Origin: Owenia fusiformis
Lineage: Eukaryota
Reading direction: 5' to 3'
NCBI GenBank assembly: GCA_903813345.2
Contig: CAIIXF020000001.1
Location: forward strand, 29,636,001 to 29,700,000
Length of the DNA: 64,000 bases
The notes beneath the pieces are model-generated. The model was not told the DNA's origin and ran no database searches. It worked only from the letters and a program-made list of their open reading frames with translations. Made by a program: the position numbers and the translations under genes. The stretch's first letter is position 1. Each line of letters starts with the position of its first letter. This document shows, piece after piece, positions 1 through 15,347 of the stretch.

Positions 1-3000
1 CAAACTAACAATAATTTTTTGCATACTGTCTCTGCTCCCTTCCTCTGGACTTTGGCTGGGGTAAATGAGAGATAAGGGGGGGGGGGGGGGTGACACAGGG
101 GCTTAATGCCAGCCTATTTCTCACAACACAATTGCCTTGTATGCAGATAATAGATGTCACCTCAATTCAAGTTGTACATAAATAAGCCTTGCTTGCGCTT
201 AGTTATCCTGGAATAAGATCAGTATTATAGTATGTCATTATAACTTTGAGAATGAAATACGACCTTAGATTTGTATATATGAACACCATGTTTCAAATTG
301 AATCACAGTAGGCTTTGAGCACTTGTGTTTTGTGTGGGGAAATTGAATATTTTCCCATTTTCAAAATGTTAACTAAATCATGTTCAAATAGTGGAAAATT
401 ATCCAAGTTGAGTTAACAGGTTAATAAGTACACATTTCCTGATTTAACACCTTAGTTGTAACTTGTAAATCAAGTAATGATCTAATTTACACATAGATTT
501 TCCAAAATATTGTTACAGCATTTAATAAGATTTATATGTAAACTTTTTTTATGTTCAAGAATGTATAACATGCGTTTTGGTAAAATAATGGAACCCAGAT
601 CATCATGTAAACAACTTTCCATTGTTTGAACATGAATTACTTTCAATGTTTTTTACAGCTTTCTTGTGCAATTTTTCTGAATGAAAGTAAAGATGCATTG
701 TAAATACACTATAAGATTGTGACTCAGGGTGTGTGGTTGATAAAGTGAAGTGATATATGATCATATTTCTTATTAATTATATATATATATATGATACAGC
801 ATGGACATTTTTGAGTATTTCATTTTATATAAAGGAAATTATGTAGTTTTTTCATGACGAAATTCTAAAAGTTGTACAAAATCTGAAGTTCAATTTTCAA
901 ATGATTTTGAAAAGACTTGAGATTTTTTTAGAATCAAATTGAAAGGAATATATTTCTAAATGTTGTATCATAATTATTATAATCATAGAATTAATTGTTT
1001 ATTTATTTGATAGATTCTATAAACCAATCTAGTTTGGTTTTGTTGTTATGTTTTGTTTTAAACTTTGTAACTAATTAGCTGGTGCAAATGTTAGTTTAGT
1101 TTGTATTATAATTATTACTCAGTTTTGTATCTGTTTAGTTCAATTTAAGACAAATATGGTGATAAAAATAAATAGGGTGATCATAAAGTAATGTGAAAAG
1201 TGCTCTAATTATTGTAAACATCAATGAATCTGGCTCATTTTCAAACAGAAAGTTGATCTAATAATTATACATACTTAGCACCAAGGTGTAAAGCACTGTT
1301 ATCTACAGTGTTTTCTTCATTTACTACATGCATGCTATTCTATTTGACAAGAAATGAATCACAAAACTGCACTTTTTGTTTTTGCATCTTGCTTAAAAAT
1401 ATTTCAAATTTACTATAAATTAGGTTTTATATTGAATATATATGTATAAGTATACTATGACCAATGTTTTTACAGAAAAATATAGCATAAAAATAAATAA
1501 TTGTACTTTGTGGCATTTTTGTACTAAGAGCAGTGTCGCCCTGTGCCATCAGCTGATTCAGTTAATCTTTTGCCAAACCCTCAAATTATTTGTTAAACAG
1601 TCTGCAGTCATTTTCCAATTACTCTTACCATTACACCCATTTATATCAAAATGCTTTACATCTGTATTATGGGTTTCAATTTTCTTCATACTATCTTGAG
1701 GGGCTTGCTTTTAGATATGGGTAGTTTTGACATAATATAATAACTGAATTTAGTTTAAATTAAAAATTAAGAATGTTATTTGATATATTGTTGGAAGGTT
1801 TCCTTTTAAGGATAATCCAACTTAACCCACACACACACTCGCTTGTATAATCCGAGCATCATTCAGATTTCTGCTCAATTTGTGTACAGGTATTCAGACC
1901 CACTATGTAAAATACATATCATGTTTTCAAGTTAATGTAATCAGGTGTAACAGACCCAGTGTAAAACTGAATATCTCCATGTTGAACCATCAAGTTATGT
2001 TACTTTTTGTAACATCATATTTCAACTTGTTTTTACAACGTTGTATGGTATTATACAATCAGTTGAAGCATGTAGGATTAGACCCTCCTTGCCAATAATT
2101 CAAGTGGTTTTGTAATATAAAGTAAAATTGGCTAATACAGAAATCTGGTTAAGAATGTTAAAGGTCTGTGTTTAAACAACTTGTTACATACTTATTGATA
2201 TTGGTTACTTCACTACACCAGAGCCACTGTTTGGATTAGACATCATTTCATACAGTTAGGCAAATGGAACCAGCTGATTGTCAACACACCTTACTAACAG
2301 GGTTTGAAAAATAAAGCAAGCATTTCATTCATTTACTTTTTCTACAGTTAGAATAAGTAAATATTTGCCCTTCAGATTGTGAAGTTATTTTTATTTTATC
2401 GAGTCTATTTGAAGTGTTCTAAGAATTAGAAAAAGTGAAGTATTTAAGTTAACGGATATTGTTTTAATTTTTAACAATAAATTTGAACTTAGGGCTTCAC
2501 TGACCAAAGATAAAGCATGTTCTGTGTGAATGAATAAACAATTAGAGACACAGGTCAAGCACACTTTCAAGTGTTAAGTTCTAGTATATTGCAATCTTGG
2601 AGGAAATGGGATGGTTTTAGATGATAAATGAGATATTTACAACTAGAGGAGTTTTGGTTTACCAACTTAACAACTTATCACCACTTAATTTAATATATAA
2701 AGTATGGAGCAACTCTGATTTAACATGCTTATTCGTGTATTTATCATTGTTCAACTTTCCTTTGAAATATAGCAATAAAAAATCAGGCTTCCAGACAGTT
2801 TATTAGTTTAAATTATCTTCACCTTTGATAAGGTTCACACATGAGATGCCTGGCTTGAGATAAGTAAAAGAATTTGAAGTAATACCCCAAGCTATTTCAT
2901 ACATGCATTGAAAGAACTTAATTGTTTTGGATAAATGGTTAAATGCATTTTTGAAAAGCAGGAAACGTGTTGTTAAGTAATCTTGTGAGGTATGTCTAGT

Positions 3001-6000
3001 CGATAGCGTAACGCAGATAAGAAAATTGAATTATACTTAATATTGAATAATGCGTGCAGTTTAAATATGCTTTATTACAATGTGTGGCTACAAACATGGA
3101 TGACCTCAACACTGTGATATTTGTACCAGTTACCCCATATCATGCAAGACCCAGATTTTACACTTGATGGTTTTGCCAAAATTTCAAATTATCTTATAAT
3201 GAATGCATTCCCGTCTGAATGAATTATTTGATTACGTAGTTAACAGTCATGGGAACAAAATTCTCACCAATCGTGCAGTTTATATATAATTCATTTTCTA
3301 TACTTGCCACAAGATGTTAATGCATTTGAGTGCAGAGATGCTATTATAGCGTTATTTGTTGATTTTGGCCAAATTCATATAATATAAACATAGTATTAGC
3401 TTCAATTTAACATTTGAGATTTTAATGTAGCATTATTAAGATGTAACTTTTCACTGATTGCTATTGGGGCTTTTGATATTCAGAGATTGCTCTGTACAGT
3501 ACATAACATGTTAAGATAAACTGTAATTTTAAACTTATCTAACATGATTGAATCGTGAGAATAAGATGATCTTAACATAAGTAATAATCAGGCAATCTCA
3601 TAAAATGCTTAATAGCACCTAATACTTAAAAAAAAGTTAAAACAAGTCTGTTATCAGGTCTTTATTATAATGACCTTTTTAAAAATATTTTCAATTCCCA
3701 CAGATTTTTCAGAAAAATGATGCGATCATGGAAATAATTACTTTTGAATGACCTTTCCTCAAAAATTATCTAATGTTTTTATTTGATGATAGTCATTTGT
3801 TATCAGTTGAAATTACCCGCAATAACGCAGACTGTTAATGATGCAGATCAGATAGCTTTAAATGTCATATTTTTCATTATTGATCTTTATTTAATGTTGA
3901 ATAGCCGTTTCAAAATAAATTTTAAAAGTCCTGGCAGTTAGAATTCATAATTAATTTGCAATTGTACTTTTAACAGCCTTGGGAGATGTAGTAATGTCAG
4001 CCTACATGTAAGTACATCAATAACTGTCTCTTTGATATGTATTCACATATTTCATACATTTTTAATGCTTGACAAAGGAACAGTATAGCCAGAGGTGTCC
4101 TTGTTGGTTGATGGATTACCCTAGACCTTGTCCAAAATTATCTGGCCAGTACAGTTTTTTTAGTGCAAATACTCAAGAGTTCATCGCTCTGAAGATCAAG
4201 GCCAAAGAAGTGTTAAAAAAAACTGTTACTACTGTTAAGGCCGAACTTGAATTATAGTGTATTAGTTACCATTCATCATGGTGGACTGCATGTAGGTGTA
4301 CTGGGTGTTATTTATTACTTGAGACATATTTACTCCACTTTTCATGAACTGCTAAAAAAATATTTACCTTTAACAACTGCCCAATATTATAATATGCATA
4401 TAATTATTGTGTTGTAAACATTTAAATAAATATCTAATTTGTTAAGCAACTAATATTCAATTCAAGAAGAATTATTTAGTCTTTTAGTTTATACATTTAC
4501 TCTAGCTACAATGAGATGCTATACAGGTATGAAAACTCCACATCGGGTGGGGAAGGGGAGTTCAAAGGCTTAGCTAGCATATATAGTACATTTTTCTGAT
4601 GAAAAAATTGTTCGAAATATTGAAATGTCCCCTGACCATGAAAATTATGAAATTCTTCATGATATGAGTTTGCTGGCCTAATATTACTTAGTACATACAA
4701 GATAATACAGATAGTATATGTATAAGAATACTTCATATCTGTGACTGATGATAAAGTCTTCACATTGTATATTACACGTGAGCTGATATGGTTTATGATC
4801 TTATAATGTAAGGGATTACCTGCATTGAGTAACAGAGCCAAGTATATTAATCTATTGGAAATTTTTGGGATCACCCTGAGAGCTAGAGAGGCCTCCTCAA
4901 GAGAAGCAAAGGACAAAACAAAGTCAAACTTTTTCAAAAGCGATTAAGGGATGGGCAGAGTTATTGTTATCTAAGTCTCAGTTTAGACATTATAACTGGA
5001 AGTTACCTTGTCCAATGTTCTGGGGGTGTATAGGGAATGTCTAATGTTCAATGCCCAAACAAGTTGTTTGAATATCACTGTAACCTATGAACATCATCAT
5101 TCTCTGGTTTTATACTAAAATATTTTCTTCTTGGCAGGCAGCAATGGGTGGGTAGGTGACGATGTCCTTGTCTGTGTATTTCTAGAAAATCCATGACATA
5201 CCATTGTGTTATACTAGAGAGGCGATGTGTTGAGTATTTGAAGGAGAAACTCCTTGATGGATTGATTTTGAAATTTTCTTTGGTATAAAAATCTAGAGCT
5301 GATTTTAAAAATATTTCCCAACAAAATTAAACTCAACGCCGCCCCAAAGCAAATTGGCCAAAGTTCTAGAAAAAAGACAAAGAAGCACAAGCTCTATTGA
5401 AAATGATTGTCAGTTTAACAATATACTGATTAGGCACAACTGGCAAGTCTGTAGTAGCAGCCACAAAACAGGTGAGGAAGTAAGTACTAAGTAGCACGAT
5501 TATCTGTCTGGAGTGTTTTTGAACAGATAGCAGTTGCTCCCACTACTTCAACTAACTTACCAGCCAACTACATCTGTTCTGTACTTTTAAACTTGAACTT
5601 TACAAAAATACATGTATATTACTAGTTCTCTAACCTTTATTGATCTGTGTACTCATCATGCTCATTAAGATTGCATTGGGTAGTTTCTAGTTTCTGACTA
5701 ACATCTTCACATTTCTCATGTCTAAAAGAGGTTAAGTATTTACTAAGACGCAATAGTATTACAGAATTGCGAAATCTTCACAGTCTTGCAATTATTCACT
5801 CATTTTTATGTTAAAGTCTTCAATTTTTTGTGGACAGTGTGGCTGGTGTTTGGCAGTCGGTTTTTGGTGGTTGGTGTCTAAAAAATGGCAGATGATATGT
5901 TAATGCCTTTTTACATGGTGCTTACGTCAGGAAAACCACACCCTGAGTTATCTTCAATCAATGGGAATTGTCCATCTGTATAGATGTTTCAAAAACATGA

Positions 6001-6328
6001 TTTCACAATATATTCACATTTTATTAAAATTAATGAGCTGCCTATCAGTTGTGTCCTTCAGATTGGTCGAATATAAGGTTGTCCTCAATTGTTAGTTATT
6101 ATTTTCAGAGAATGGGTAGTTACTCACTAGGATTGACATTTTATCTTTGAGCAATCTGTCCATTCTCAAGTTGGGTCATGGGCTTTCTAGATGCTATAAA
6201 TGAGGACAAAGAGGGAAAAATTGTCATTTCAGCTCTTAGCTACTCCCCTTTGCCAACCTACATATAATATGCTCTATGGTAATGCTAGCGATCTGAGGTT
6301 ATTGTTGAACAATGGTTATCTAATATAA

Positions 6329-6670
6329 GTGATGCCCTTTGCCAATGTTACCCCATCCCAGTGACCCAGATGCCAATGTTTAGTAACACTGAGTGATGCC
6401 CTTTGCTGCAAATTGTGCCCTTTGTCAAACTTTGGAAATGCTGTCCAGTGTCAGTGATGGCCTTTGGCAATTCTTTGGCAATGTTACTTGCTAGTGATGC
6501 CAATATTACACAATGCCATTTGCCAATGTTACCAATGCTAGTTCTGGCCTTTGCCAGTGTTGATCAGAGCCAATGAGGCCCTTTGCCATCATGTTGTGTA
6601 ATGCAAATGATGCCATATTTGCGAATGTTGTGCAATGTCAATAATGCCCTATGCAAGGTTTTTGCAATGA
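6329..6670. repeat. Degenerate minisatellite built on a GATGCCCTTTGCCAATGTT core
   Basis: About 10 decayed copies of (gt)gatgccctttgccaatgtt at irregular spacing. Confidence 0.7.
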
Positions 6671-7399
6671 TTGATCTTACTTTATCTGTATGTAAGCATT
6701 TTCATTCTTTTGAATTTTCAAATAAATTGACCTATATCTGAACAGCCGCTACAGTCTTCCATACGTTTCATAGTAATCAGTAGTAAGAAGTTACAACCTC
6801 TTGCACTGGTGAGAGAAGGTGAGAGATATGTGAAGTTATAAGTCGATCACAGGTGTTCAATAACATACAACTGTCTGGAGGTCATACACCCATATGTTAT
6901 AAATTATGAAAGTGGACGTATGGCGTATGCTTACTATGATTTGTACTATAGGCCACATTGAGAAGTGTGTGACCCATTTTCATTACATATTATTACATAT
7001 TTGACATTTAGTTCTTAATTTAAATGAATTATAAAACATATGCCATTAAAGTTAAATGAAATCATTAAGTTCTTAAAGATATGTACCAAAATACAAACCT
7101 ATTAGCCTTTTCTTCATAATTACTTACCAGGGTAGGGGTGGGCCGTGGGTTTCTTGCTCTTGCTTCAAGACCCTAACTCCCTACTCTAACAACTGATATG
7201 TATTCTCAACAACTCAACTGCTCTAGCTCTCTGATAGAGGGATGGATGTTAGTTTATCAGTATGTTAAATATATCTAAGACAATTCATGCAATTCTTTAT
7301 TATACAACCTGGGGTATGGGTCTGATATTATGAATTTCACCAAAGATGTCAATCGTATATATTTGACTGTCATAAGGGTTGGACATCACAATGTGGGAA

Positions 7400-8260
7400 T
7401 ATCTCATGTTAACGCAATAGAACATTTTGATTGTCCAATTGTTAGATGAGGTGACTGGTCAGCATACTTCAGTTTGTTGATAGAACTCCAATCTTGAAGA
7501 CCAAAGTCCTGCCAGGATGTGAACCATACAATAAGATATAACAAGTAGTCCGGCTTTTGTGTCAACATGCTACTTAGTGTTAGAGATATTTGCGGGGACA
7601 TCTCCAGCTAATTATTGATGTGATCAACTGTCAATAGATAACTTATTGGGAGGTGAGCCAACAGAAGGGATTTTCTCAGATTCACTGCTGGCGCTGTCCC
7701 ATAACCTTGAACATTGGACTGATATACAGTATCCGCAGCCATATTTATCTTTAATGTTAACAGTGTGGATTAGTTCATTTAAATAAAATAGCCAGATTAA
7801 AAGAGAAGAAGCCATAATTGTTATTGACGTATAACATGTAAATTGGTCATTATGGGATAGTTCTGGATACTGAAAGTTGGTCTAATGGGTCATTGGAGCA
7901 CGGGTCTTTCCTGTTTTTTATCGATCTGTTTTTTTGTTCTCTGAATAATTCATCTTCATGTCATTAGCACCTGCATAATTTCACCAGTATGATTGTCACT
8001 GTCATCTTTTTATTTAGCATCTTTGTTACCAGTATGATTGTCACTAGCATCTATTTATTTAGCATATTTGTTACCAGCATGATTGTCATCAGAATGATTT
8101 ATATTTGCTCATCTATTTCATCATCGCTTTCCACTGGGTCTTGCTAGGTAGGAACAATCGAAAACTTGTGAATCAAGATGCATCTATTTAGTTTCTATGA
8201 TATTCAGTTTGGCGTATATTTCCCTTTTTCTTTTTGTAACACAATACAGAGATATTCTGA
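7400..8260 (-). pseudogene. Decayed hAT-type transposase N-terminus (TTF-type zinc-finger region)
   Basis: Minus-strand fragments in expected order: basic patch near 8230, acidic 45-bp repeats, IWLFY...YGCGYC (ORF 7624-7815, cf. WLxYS..FC..C), FGLQDWSSINKLKYADQSPH (ORF 7404-7601, cf. GFxDW..L..HExSxxH); stops and frameshifts throughout. Confidence 0.4.
7983..8090. repeat. 45-bp tandem repeat, about 2.4 copies
   Basis: accag(t/c)atgattgtca starts at 7983, 8028 and 8073; period is a multiple of 3 and the minus strand reads DNH(T/A)GNK-type units. Confidence 0.8.
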
Positions 8261-9807
8261 AGTACTTTTCAAATATTATTATTATTTACCATCGATTCTT
8301 TTAAAGATGATCTTGATTGAATATATGACAAGACAGAAGACAGTTATAAAATACTACATGACAAAATGTATAATATCAGTGTGTTTTATTATTGGCAATG
8401 TCCCTTGTAGTGTGGCACCACCTTTATTTGGCTCTTTGAACCTTAGACTTGTAGAATTGACCCAGCCAACATTCTGATCTTTAGTGATACCACTTATTTG
8501 AATCTCAGTTGAAGACCTGTAATAGCAACACTGTGAAGTACAAAGACAAGGAGATCCACTATGAATTAGTATTAAAACATAAAAGTTTATGATAGATATA
8601 CATGTATATTTTCTGAATGGGAGTAAAGTACAAACTAATGTCATGATATTCAAAAAGTTTTAAGAGGAACATATCCTGTACTTTGTTATCAGGGTTATCA
8701 TATAATATGTGCATAATGTGTCAATAATATGTTCAACTTAGTTTATAATGGATAGTTTAAAAATATTGATACCTTTGATGTTATGATTGGCAAATTATCC
8801 CTACTTGACTTTTTGGGCATATTCAGTTATCAGTTAAAGTAGCGAGCAATAAACTTTTATTTTCTTCATATTTTAAATGCACTCAAACTTTGCTAGGGAT
8901 TGTGCATCTTAAAACAATTGATTTTCAGTTTATTGAGGGGATAAATGTTTCACATATTTTATGAATTGGGAGAATTCACTGGGATCATGACCTGTCCCAA
9001 TGTGTTTTTTTGTCCGGGATGACAGGTCAAAGCGACATGCAAACAAATAAACTCTTTATACTCTATGGGAATTTAGAGCGCATACCAGGAAATCCAATAT
9101 CTCAATTGGGGATTTGAAAAATCATTTGTGTGTAGCTATTTAAAATGTCAATATGTAAATAGTTTAGAAAGTTTGAAAGTTCAAGGAACAATATAAGACA
9201 TTGTTGCATTCCAGATTCTTGAGATCTACTGACATGATCTCCAATTGATAATTCTTTACTCTTCCTAAATTTATTTGATGCTCGTAAATATGGCTTCAAT
9301 ATATTAGCCTTGAATCTAGATCCGAGTCTTACATTTTAATTAAACTTTTTGAGATTTATTGACAATTTACGATCTATTAAGAATGTTTTCTGACAGGAAA
9401 TGAAATTATTATTGAAAGGGAATATCAATTTGGGATACAGTTACTTATGTATCTGCAGATCTGACCATTTTAAGAATTAATTATAGACTAAATGATATTC
9501 TTGAAGAACTGAAACCAGCTGAAAGTTCAGGTCCCATTTATTCGTTGACACTTTCATTCTGTATACCAACACTGGTATTGTCATTCCAAGTGTCAATTAT
9601 ATTGAATACAATTAAGAGAGGTTTAATTTTGTACTTTGTCAACATGAATATCAAGGTGTTCTTTACCTTACTTTACATTCCAGTGGATTGCAGTAGAGAG
9701 AGGGATAAGTATATGTTTGTCAAGCTCTCTCTGTGGGGTCTCTTTAGGACATCCTCTATATTGTTTCACTGACATAGTTATAATATGATACTTTTCCCAA
9801 ACTATAA

Positions 9808-10010
9808 TATTTGATGATGTTTGTTTGTGTGATTGATTGTTTGTATTTTTGATGCTTGTTTTTATTGTTTGATTGTTTGTATGTTTGATGATTGTTTGTA
9901 TGTTTGATGATTGTTTTTATTGTTTGATTGTTTGTATGTTTGATGATTGATTTTATTGTTTGATTGATTGTATGTTTGATGCTTTTTATTTTTATTGTTA
10001 TTTTTATTAT
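9808..10010. repeat. Compound TTTG/TGAT microsatellite
   Basis: Recurrent tttgatgattgtttgtatg blocks; accounts for the low-complexity ORF 9756-10019. Confidence 0.85.
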
Positions 10011-13000
10011 TTCGGACATTTATAAATACAATTACATTTTGTCATGTTATTATGTTTTATTATCACTTATAGGCCCATCATAAGCCAACTCTAATTTTTC
10101 AAATTTAAGAAATGAATTTCAATTAAAATTTCGTCAATTCTGCCAGAGCAAATTTTGATTTTTTTGATTGTTGTGAGCAAATTTATACAAATTTGCCTAA
10201 AGCATTCAAATATTCCATAAGGAATGCTTACAAATAAGAAGCTCATTTGTAAGAAAAGATAAGTCAAACTCTTTCTTGGTAGAGTTTTGGAGGCTCACAG
10301 GAATCCCACTGGCAACAGACATGAGCAATAGAAGTGAAAGAACATCCTCTTTGCTCTTTGACATATTTAGCATTGTTCTTTTTGCAATTCATTTTTATAT
10401 GTCAGAACACTACCAAAAACGCATACCTGTGCATGTTCATTCACAAATAGTTAATGTTCTAATTTGTGGTATCTCATATTGCAGAGATCAGGCTTCCTAT
10501 TCAGATACGTTTAAATAGTTTGAGATACAAACAAGTACAAAAGGGGATATTTTGGTGGGTGTTAGGGTAATGTACATAAAATTTCCTCTCAGCGGGAAGC
10601 CCCGAGAACCTCCTGGGTATGGATGCTCTTCAATTAAAAATCAGCAATAAAAAACAGAACATTCAAAAGTTAATAAGTACTTTTAAAAATACATTGACTG
10701 GTTTAAAGCCCTAGGGACACATCTCAGCCAATAAATTATCTTTAAAATGAAATAATATATAGTTTTTTCAATGGATTTCCTCAATGAAAATACTTGAAAT
10801 ACAAACTTGTGAAAAGGAGGGACTCTAGGTGTGTTTTAAAATGTTACCATTTAACTTAGTACCAAATTGAGCATACAGACACCCTTTTGAAAGACGGTTA
10901 ATTAAATATTAGCTTAAACGATCATCAAATAACAACTTTTTGCGAATATTGTTTTCTCTCATGCATTAGCCTATTTTAAATCGTCGTTTTTTCTTCCCAC
11001 ATTAATTTCATTTTTCTCCCTTTATGAAATCAGCTGATATTTGAAAGACATCCTGACCCATTTGACCTTTGTCTGTAACCCCTGCCCTCTGGCTGGCTTG
11101 GTCCTTTAGGGGTGTTAAGTTGCAGATAATTTTCTAAGCTATGTACACATTCAGCACTTTGTTATTCAGTATTGGAGAAAACAACATTGTCAGAGATGTT
11201 GATCAACTATGAAGTGCTATTTCACTTATTTTAGTATTTAATCTTTTATTCCAACATACGAGATCCAAGTCCATTTCAATATTTTCTCACCGGTGTATTA
11301 TAAGTCGGGTTTGATTACAATTTGGTAAGAAGTTGAACTTAAATAAAGTTTACTCCAAGAAAAGTAACAACATAGACTAAAATGAAGAGAAATGTCAATA
11401 TTTGGTTTTAAGTTCCAATGTGTGAATTGGTTGATTTGAAGAAAAGTATTTCTATACATTGGAATGAAGCAATCATCTAGGATTGGCTTGAGTTGTTTGA
11501 GACATTGAAATCAATACCAGAGATCTTCGTTGGAGATATTTGCAGCTTTAATTATCCTTTCCTTCAACTTGACCCTTTTACTGATAACATCAAAACATTC
11601 AAAAATTAATATGAGCATCAGCATAGGGACCCTCTCACAATACATATAAATGTTTGGTTTGATTGTTTTATATTATGAACTTGGTAAATTGTTAATCAGG
11701 AAGACATAAAACATAAGATCATTTTTATGTCAAAATAACAGAAACAGGATTCAAAAAAGATAAAATTGTTAATTTAACTTTAAAAGTGCCTCTCTCCCTA
11801 TGATGAAAATACAACTTTAGTACATGTATATGTTAATCCAACTTTCAATAGCTATCATCACCTTATGAAGATTCAGAGAACCCAAATTTCTCTTTTTCGG
11901 TTAGTATCAGCTATTCTAGAAACTTGAATTATCCCATAATATGGAAATAGATTATTTGAACTGGTCCCTAACTGTATTTCAAAGTTTACAAGAACTTTCT
12001 AAAATTCCTGAGGGAAGCTATTGAGGATCATAATGAGTTTGTCTTGAAGGTAGAAATATAGAAAATATATCCCTGGCTGGTCAGATAATGATCTCCTTGC
12101 TAGTTCTAAATTACTGGCCATGAAGTATTCAAGTAAAGAAATGTGAGCGTTACTTTCATTTCACAAATTCTTTGACATTTCTCTGATTAATCGTGCCATT
12201 TAAACCACCATGATCAATGTTATAGTCACTGAATAATGTCTTGTTTATTTTGTGTATCAAAGAAAGATTATTAATTTGTACGAATTACTCTATATCAAAG
12301 AAAAATGGTATTAACAAAAATTATTTAAGTTGATATGTGTATTTTTTGAAATGACATGCATTTTTTTTATTTTAGTCCCATAGCATTTCAGTGAAATATG
12401 AATTTTATTAATATATGAATGATCAACGGGAATTTATTAAAATGAAGTGAAATATAAATTTTTTAAACAATTATTGAAATTGACTAGGTCACCTAGATAT
12501 TGATGCTTTGTAAGCATGGCATCTTCTTAACCCCGTCTGATATCCAGAGCTCCTACCTACTCGATATTGACATATAAGTCATGTCATCGTGACATTGTAA
12601 TGCATAAATTGACCTATATTAGCAACAGCTACAATGAAACCTCTATCAGTGATATATCTTACTATTATACTGATATTTACACCATACTGAAGTGAACATT
12701 TCTAAATGTATTTTCTTTGTTATTCTTATTTAGATGTATTCCATTAACCTTATCAGGAAATTCTCTAAATCTGAACATTTTGCCCCAATCTCAGCAGTGT
12801 TAGTGTCTGGTAGGTTTCACTGTACTATTATGTGAATGCACTAGGAATGAGTCAATAAAACAGTCTAGTCTTCTTGCATTGAAGCCAAAATATATTAATA
12901 GATTAGGAAACAGTTAAAAAAAGATGAGAGTTTGTTTTCGAACCTAGATTGCCAATTGGTTTTTTCAAAAATTAGCTCTTTTTTTACATTGAGATCAGCC

Positions 13001-13149
13001 TGATATAACAGTCAAGTTATAAAACTAAAATGAGAAAAGGTGCTACAATAGGCTTGTTTAATCATAATTTACCTCCAATCAAAGTATATTAGGGCTCTGT
13101 TGCAAGTATTGCACAATTTGTAGCAGTAATTGCATATTTAAGATTTGGT

Positions 13150-15033
13150 AAGTACCTCGTTAACAGGTATATATCCCAGACAGGTGAAATGCCTCACAGG
13201 TAGACCTAAGTATCATCGTGCAAGTGTGCTACTACAGTATATGCAGGTATTGTTAGCCATGGATCAAATACAGCAAAGGGGTGATGTCCAAATGTTAACA
13301 GGAGCAGGAAAATAACATTTCAGTATTGTATAACTCTGCCCCTCCCCAATAATGAAATGAAACAATAATGAAAATGTTAATTTGCCTTTCACTTGCATTT
13401 TTGCAAAAATATAGCATTCATCTTCACGACTACAACCACCATCTCCACCTGCTAACAAAAAAGCTTTATCAATCAATTCTTTTTACATTTGGACACCATC
13501 CCTTAGTACATATAGGTGAACCGTGCCAATTACAAAGATTTCAAATGTAACATTTTTTCACATGTCTACAAGTCATGTATCCGGTTCAACAACCCTCACG
13601 AAAAATGTTGATCTTTAATGCAGCATTTTTCAGTCAATATGACAGATTGTGGTTTGATTTGTTCTTTCATTACATTTTTATTATTTAAAGATATTGTCTC
13701 TTGTTACATTACAAGAATTGAAGAATTGAATGGATTGTTAGGGAGTGGATGTTACATTATCAGCTGTTAGTGCTATGTGTCTCGTTGGAGTTGATACTCT
13801 TGATCTCATTAGAAATACTTTAGTCTACATACCTCCATATCATCTTCATAGCTCCAGAGTCCACTACACATGAGATGGTTTGTAGAATTGTGACCTGGTT
13901 TTGAATGACTATTTCTAATGTTCATTGGTAATATGACTTGTACTTTGGTAGCACTACTTCACCAGCCTCACCCTCACGTATATGGATCAAGTTTTGATCT
14001 CATAAAGAGAGAGTTAATCATAAAACAATCTGCTCATAGATCAAAAGTTGTGATGTGTTTTAGGGGTAGGTTCAAAATATTGACTTCTCCTTTAGATGGG
14101 ACATGGGTCAGTGATGTATCAGGGGGAGGGGGCAAGTTAATCATAAGATAATGTTACCAGTGTGGCCTTGTTGAATCAAAAAACCTTCAAAATAAATAAA
14201 CATACTTATTTCCCATTCATAGTTGGTCTGCAGTCATTGTATGTTTTGTCTCATCCTGGTATCATGGCCATGTTATCAAGAGATAGAATCTTAGTATAAC
14301 TGATGAGTAAGGTAATATAATACACCTGCTAATTGCCTCCGAAAAATCTGAAATCAATCTAGCAAAATATTTTTCTATAAGGTGAGCATCCAGGATGGAA
14401 CTGTCAATGAAAACAGTCTACTGTTTTCTTGGAATGTTTCTGGAAGATTCTGTTATGAGAAATATCACTGCTCTTCATGAGTTATACTTCTGCCGTAAGA
14501 GCGGTGAGCATAGTATATTATTAATGATGATTAACTCTGGCAGAATCAACTGAAACACCAGCCATTCTCATTTAGTTTATTTTCTTTGCAATTTCTGATC
14601 CTTTTTATCAGGCATTATCTTATCACTTATTAACACCATCACAAGAATGGCCAGTTTTTGTAAACCAATAAGAAACCATACTTGCTTCAAAAGATGGAGC
14701 ATCGATATGATACAGCAGTGAGAGAACTTAGCTCCAGACCTCTCTGTGTAAAGATCAAGAATTTGGACACGGTCAGCTTGAACCCATAAACAGCCCTTTC
14801 TATTTTTCTTTGATGTTTTTTGCTAATGTGAAATATATTGGTACATCTGTGCAAAATATCCATTAAGAAATATAATTAATGTGAACTGTCCTGAGCTTCC
14901 TGGGAGATTTATATAGGGCTGTTATATGGGACAAGGGGTGGTCATAATTTTCAGGGTTGATGGCCAGTGTGAAGCTATCTGCTGAAATATTATATCCTAT
15001 ATCAACAAATGTACCAACAGCTGTAATGTCTGT
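13150..15033 (-). pseudogene. Decayed hAT transposase (ZMYM1/DUF4371-like)
   Basis: Collinear minus-strand motifs: VDIGY...INPENYDHP (~14940-15005), HGHD (14261-14272, cf. RGHDE), HTGNI (~14150-14165, cf. GNF), IQNQV (~13890-13910, cf. IQNEL), IALTADNVT (~13750-13776, cf. FSxxADExTD), GEGQSY (~13330-13347, cf. RGQxYD); boundaries approximate. Confidence 0.6.
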
Positions 15034-15313
15034 CAGGCCTGTCAACTGTCCCGCAATTTGCGTATTTGTCACGCATTTGCTGAAGAATTTGAAGTCACGC
15101 CAGTTTTTTTTGCGTGACAGAAAATGTCACGCAAATACGCATTTTACCTGGTAATTGTCACGGAAAAATATTTCTGTAGAATTTTTTTCGAAATATGTTT
15201 ATGATACGGTAAAAATACGAACGTCGGAAAAAAACTGAACGCAATTTGTTCGGATTTGTCACGCGAATCCCGTATATGTCACGCATGTTCATTGGAAATT
15301 TTCGTACCTCCCA

Positions 15314-15347
<34 letters not shown>

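Noticed and set aside
8900-9800. Possible LINE 3' fragment beside the microsatellite
   Set aside because: Only a DTWN-like patch on the minus strand; no core RT motif recognisable.
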